64,000 nt of DNA, taken from the NCBI GenBank assembly GCA_963799845.1, contig CAWCYI010000007.1:96001-160000 (forward strand), given 5' to 3'. The translations under genes were made by a program, and so were the position numbers. The notes under the pieces were generated by a model that was not told the DNA's origin, did not search any database, and saw only the letters and a list, made by a program, of their open reading frames with translations. The stretch comes from an uncultured Nitrososphaerota archaeon (GTDB taxonomy: Archaea; Thermoproteota; Nitrososphaeria; Nitrososphaerales; CADDZS01). Shown in pieces: positions 59,388 through 64,000 of the stretch. How positions within the stretch are numbered: the stretch's first letter is position 1; each line of letters begins with the position of its first letter.

Positions 59388-60444
59388 GGAACAGCTCCTC
59401 AAAGAGTTGAAAGATCTCGGTACGAAGACATACCAAGATCTCGACCAGTCGAAGTTTCCGGAGTTCCTCTTCCCAAGCAGATCTGTCAGCAACATCGTCT
59501 ACGATCCGAAGCTGAAGCAGTATATTCTCGACAAAGTTAACGTCAAGCGATCCGCCGGAAACATCAAGCACATTCGTCCGTTTACCCAGATGCTCTGGCT
59601 AGCGTACTTCGCAGACAGGTTGGTCGAGCAGGGAAAGACGAGCACTCTCAGGGATGCGTACTACTCGTCTCAAGCGGATGCCATGGAGTTTGTCGACCAG
59701 GCAGAGTCAGACGAAATCATCACTGACCTTGAAACCGTGCTTTCGAGGGCTAGAGAAGAGTTCAAGATTTACCCAGAAGAGCGAAGTGCCATTTTTGGCG
59801 ACCTTACGATTGAATATACTGTCCCGCGATTTGAGGGTCGGCGCCTAAATCTTTCGTCTCATCCAGACGGATACTTAATCGGCCCCTCGCTCAGCACGGC
59901 AGAGTTCGTCGACACCTCGGCCGAAATGATCATCGCCGTAGAGAAGGGAGGAATATTCACCAGATTTGTGGAAGAACAAGTCGAGAAAAAGTACAAGGCG
60001 ATCCTCATCGACACTTCCGGCCAGGCTCCGAGATCCACGAGATACATGTTGAAGCGGTTGAACAAGGAGTTAAATCTCCCCGTTTATGTTATGACCGATG
60101 GCGACGTATACGGAGAGCATATTGCGATGGTGATAATTAGCGGAAGCGCCAATGCGGCTCACCTTCGAGACCTGACGGTTCCAACGGCAAAATGGATCGG
60201 AGTCTGGGCGAGCGATATCGTGAAGTACAAACTGCCGACCGACAAGATGACCGAAGCGGACGTAAAGAGAGCTCAGGAGCTAAAGAAAGATCCGAGATAT
60301 CACGGCGGAGTCTGGCAGAGAGAGCTCGACATTTTCCTCAAGATTAAGCGAAAGAGTGAGCTTGAAGCGTTCTCGAAATACGGACTTACTTTCATAGTGG
60401 ACAATTACCTGAAAGAGAAGATGGAAGAAGCCAAGTCGCTCTAG
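59341..60444 (+). CDS. top6A: DNA topoisomerase VI subunit A
   Basis: TLRDAYY, EKGG, DGDVYG Toprim, KSELEAF. Confidence 0.97.
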   Translation: MKMTSKASKNLATARREQLLKELKDLGTKTYQDLDQSKFPEFLFPSRSVSNIVYDPKLKQYILDKVNVKRSAGNIKHIRPFTQMLWLAYFADRLVEQGKTSTLRDAYYSSQADAMEFVDQAESDEIITDLETVLSRAREEFKIYPEERSAIFGDLTIEYTVPRFEGRRLNLSSHPDGYLIGPSLSTAEFVDTSAEMIIAVEKGGIFTRFVEEQVEKKYKAILIDTSGQAPRSTRYMLKRLNKELNLPVYVMTDGDVYGEHIAMVIISGSANAAHLRDLTVPTAKWIGVWASDIVKYKLPTDKMTEADVKRAQELKKDPRYHGGVWQRELDIFLKIKRKSELEAFSKYGLTFIVDNYLKEKMEEAKSL

Positions 60445-60671
60445 TACTTTCGATTTCACGAAAATAGAACACTACAAAGATTACGACGGCGCAAAAATCT
60501 TGGCCGCGCTGTTTGACTAGATATCACTGCTTTATTCCAAGACTCCCCCACATTTTTATGCCGAAAAATGAAAAATGCGGTAACAGGAATCCTACTCATA
60601 AATTAGGAAAATGTTATTATGGTTGAATCTAGGATACAGGAAATAATCGCGTTTCTGGAAGTTCAAGAGTC

Positions 60672-60875
60672 ATGTCGAAGGCACTTAGCACCTCACAGCA
60701 GCGTATTAGCGCCCTGTTGCGCGTTATAGCGCTAGTTTGCATCTTGCTCGGAGGAGTTTTCGCCTATGATATTTACCAGACAACTTTGATTCCACAGCTG
60801 GTCCCGATCTTCTATTTCATGGCTGCTCTGATGATTTTTGTTGGAGCAGTTGTCTTAATAGCCCGCTTCGATTAA
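60672..60875 (+). CDS. Small two-TM membrane protein
   Basis: Two hydrophobic helices. Confidence 0.6.
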   Translation: MSKALSTSQQRISALLRVIALVCILLGGVFAYDIYQTTLIPQLVPIFYFMAALMIFVGAVVLIARFD

Positions 60876-60989
60876 TTCCGGTTGCGTGCCTAATCCTTTG
60901 CGTTGCACTTCGTCTTGATGTTGTGTATACTCTTCATTACACCGATCAACTCCAAAGTTTAAAGCCAAGCGATTGCAACTAACATTATC

Positions 60990-61268
60990 ATGACCCAGAA
61001 AAGGAAGAGCAGGGGGAGGTCCAAAGGCGGTAAGGGGAGCTCCGGAACTGTTCAATGCAGTAATTGCGGTAGACAAACTCCAATTGACAAGGCAAAAAAG
61101 ATGACATCCCGGGTAAGCCTTGTTGAACCTATGCTTGCAAGAGAATTGAGGCAGGCAGGTGCTTATATCGCGTCCCCCGTGACAATCAAGTATTATTGTG
61201 TGTCATGTGCTGTGCACTACGGCATGGTCAAAGTTAGGGCCAAGGCCGAGAGAAGACAAGCATTCTAG
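60990..61268 (+). CDS. rps26e: 30S ribosomal protein S26e
   Basis: KRKSRGR, CSNCG..PIDKAK, YCVSCAVH. Confidence 0.96.
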   Translation: MTQKRKSRGRSKGGKGSSGTVQCSNCGRQTPIDKAKKMTSRVSLVEPMLARELRQAGAYIASPVTIKYYCVSCAVHYGMVKVRAKAERRQAF

Positions 61269-61355
61269 CACATTCATTAGCGGAGAGTGTCTACATCACT
61301 CCCAAAATTACGTTTTTCGCTAACAGTCTACTAGGCCGGGATACCTGTCTGCGAA

Positions 61356-61929
61356 TTACTGGGATCTGAGTTTTTTCAAAATTGCAACGTAACGTTGCAG
61401 GAACGTGACAAAGGCGATGATCAGAACTATGATGACTCCAATCCATACAAATCCGGCGATCGAAAATACTATGAGAACCAGTAGCCTTTCGGCTCGTTCT
61501 CCTACGCCGATTCCCGAGAGAGAGACTCCGAGCGAGTCTCCCTTAGCTCTAGTATCAGCTTACCATTAGTGAAAAACTGAGTGCAAGCAGAACGAAAATA
61601 GGTGAGGTATAACCCGCATAGATTATTCCGGAGTAGACTGCGACTTCGGCGACTCTGTCAAGAGTTGAATCGTTGAAAGATCCTGATTTTGACACAAGGT
61701 GATTTACACGCGCCACCGCCCCGTCGAGAACGTCGAAGAGTCCAGAGATTATGAGAGAAGATGCTCCTAGGTACGGTTGTTCAGGTCTCAGGGCGTAAAA
61801 GATTCCTGCAATTAGAGAGAAAAGAAATCCGATGAAAGTCCAGAAGGTTGGTGAAAGTCCGGTGCGACCAAGAGATCTGCCAATTGAATTTACAACAGGC
61901 TCAATTTGGCTTCTGATCTTGTTCAGTAC
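61356..61929 (-). CDS. CDP-alcohol phosphatidyltransferase (archaetidylinositol-phosphate synthase-like), missed by the ORF track; apparent frameshift at ~61556
   Basis: Manual translation: LNKIR...DVLDGAVAR...GSFNDSTLDR...LMVS|YTRAKG...GERAER. Confidence 0.88.
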
Positions 61930-62053
61930 CGTGATACATCGACCCCAGAATTCTTTCTACATGCCCAACATTGGTATGCTTTTATAGAGTGCGCGTTCAG
62001 CTTTGAATTTGCCTAACAATTCAAAGAATTCGTCAGGAGCTAGATAGAGAAAT

Positions 62054-62257
62054 TTGGGCAAAATCGGGAAAGGCGTTAGTTGCTCGGTAACCGGTTGCAA
62101 GAATCTTGCTGAAAGATCTATCAGCAGAGACCAGATAGGCGGGAGCGGCCTGAGCGTTTCTGGCGATCGTAGAGTGTACCTTTGTCACGAGCATTACAAG
62201 GTCTGGAAAAAAGCTACAAAGAAAGATCGAGATCTAGATAGAGTCCGTTTCAAGTAA
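62054..62257 (+). CDS. Conserved small Zn-binding protein upstream of thrS
   Basis: CSVTGC...YLCHEHYK. Confidence 0.7.
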   Translation: MGKIGKGVSCSVTGCKNLAERSISRDQIGGSGLSVSGDRRVYLCHEHYKVWKKATKKDRDLDRVRFK

Positions 62258-62316
62258 AGCCATTCTGTTTAAAGCTTTGTTGAGCAATTAGTAGGAATCC
62301 ACGCGGTAGATCAGAA

Positions 62317-64000
62317 TTGAGAGTTCTTCAGCTTCATTGCGATGAGGTAGAATACAAGCCGATAAAGAAGGAGATCCCGAATGCGGAGGAAACTTCTACC
62401 GAGACGAGAATCATTCGCGTATGCATTCTACTTCTCATCAGCGTTGAAGAGAGAGATGACGACAGCGTTGTTGAACAGTGTATTTCAGCGGTTGAAAAGG
62501 CTCAGGCGCAATTAAAGTGCGACTCGTTTGTTATTTATCCTTACGCTCACTTGAGTAGCCATCTCGCATCGCCGAAAATCGCGAAAGAAATATTGGGCAC
62601 ACTCGAAAAACGAGTGGAGGGACTCGGCTATTCGGTTCACCATGTTCCTTTTGGATGGAACAAGTCTCTCTCCATCAAAGTGAAAGGTCATCCTCTTGCT
62701 GAGCAGTCGAAGGTCTTCGAACCAAAGATCATGGAGGGCGAAGCTCCCGAAAAGAAAGAAGACGCCAAGGAGATTCTCTCTGCAGCACTGAAAGCCGAGG
62801 ATAACCTAAGATCGCAGTGGTTCATCATAGATCTCGAAGGGAACCTGACACCGATCTCTGAATACAACTTTGCGAAAAGTAAGACTCTTGAGAAGCTGAA
62901 AAATTACGAGACTGCCAAGGTAAGAGCAGTCCAACAAATTCCGCCTCATGTGAACTTTATGAAAAAACTTGGTTTGGTGGATTACGAACCAGCCTCCGAC
63001 CCCGGCAACATGCGGTACTATCCCAAGGGGAGAATGATCAAATCTCTCCTCGAGCGGTACGTTACTCAGAGGGTCCAGGAGTATGGAGGCGTTGAAGTGG
63101 AAACACCTATCATGTACGACCTGGAACATCCCAGTCTTGCGAGCTATCTCAATCGCTTTCCAGCGAGGCAATACTTGGTAAAGTCAGATGAGAAGGAGTA
63201 TTTTCTTCGGTTTGCTGCGTGTTTTGGGCAGTTTTTGATAGCTGAAGGACCTTCAGCTGACATACAAACATCTCCCGCTAAAGCTGTACGAGCTCACTAG
63301 GTATTCCTTTCGTCGTGAAAAAAGTGGAGAACTTATAGGATTACGGCGGCTCCGAGCGTTCACAATGCCGGATTGCCATGCGATAGTTCGCGACATCGAT
63401 CAGGCGAGAGAAGAGTTTCCTAAGAGATTTGAGCTGTCCCAAAGCGTCCTGAAAGAAATTGGTTTCGATGAAGATGATTACGAACTAGCGATCAGATTCA
63501 CTGAGGAATTTTACGGTGAAAACAAGCAGTTCATCGCTTCAATTATTAGAAAGCATGGTAGACCGGCGCTAGTTGAAATGTGGAGGGAGAGATTTTTCTA
63601 TTTCGTTTTGAAGTGGGAGTTCAACTTCATCGACAATCTGGATAAGGCCTCGGCTCTTTCGACTGACCAGATAGATATCGAAAACGCCCAACGTTATGGG
63701 ATTACGTTTGTTGATGAGACCGGCAAAAAGCAGACGCCTATGATTTTGCATAATTCTCCATCTGGGGCAATTGAGCGAGATATCTTCGGGCTGCTAGAGA
63801 AAGCGGGGCGCATGCAGTCAGAGGGAAAAATCGCGACGCTACCTGTCTGGTTGAGCCCCACCCAGATTAGATTGTTACCCGTGTCCCAGAAGTTCCTCGA
63901 CGCGTGCAAGTTGGTTTCGGAAGATTTCGAAACCTCTCATATCCGAGTTGACATCGATGACCGCGAAGAAAGCGTCGGTAAGAGAATTCGCGAAGCGGAG
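62317..64000 (+). CDS. thrS: Threonine--tRNA ligase (archaeal type, N-terminal editing domain); apparent frameshift at ~63244; truncated by window end
   Basis: MRVLQLH, YPYAHLS, PFGWNK, GHPLAE, LRFAACFGQF; continues FRREKSGEL.GLRRLRAFTMPDCH. Confidence 0.95.

Noticed and set aside
56949-59571. Long antisense ORFs (56949-57536, 58975-59571 and similar elsewhere)
   Set aside because: Shadow frames of well-supported housekeeping genes, with no motifs of their own.

Overview
Archaeal chromosome segment, most consistent with a Nitrososphaerota (Thaumarchaeota)-like lineage. The evidence is PolB1, TFB, aEF-2, Topo VI, S17e/S26e, ThyX, class II HMG-CoA reductase, tetraether synthase Tes and BHB-intron tRNAs; the taxonomy is inferred from gene content, not from a database search. 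Most of the window is housekeeping genes. Five things stand out. (1) Every isolated frameshift I found in otherwise intact genes (SerK-like, Cgi121, CPBP protease, a conserved hypothetical, treS, ahcY, CDP-alcohol transferase, thrS) is repaired by a 1-nt edit in or next to AGCT, which suggests AGCT DNA modification causing long-read errors. (2) A ~12 kb bacterial-type trehalose-to-glycogen GlgE-pathway cluster (treS-mak, glgX, glgE, glgB, GH57). (3) Several unusual small proteins: a HiPIP-like 4-Cys protein, a degenerate L35Ae-like protein, a 30-aa acidic DSS1/Sem1-like peptide, a ubiquitin-like protein with a masked GG, arcadin-1 and CxxC microproteins. (4) Three intron-containing tRNAs, two with non-canonical intron positions. 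(5) Two repeat/palindrome arrays in intergenic DNA. No CRISPR array, rRNA, integrase or transposase was seen. All calls come from manual motif recognition.
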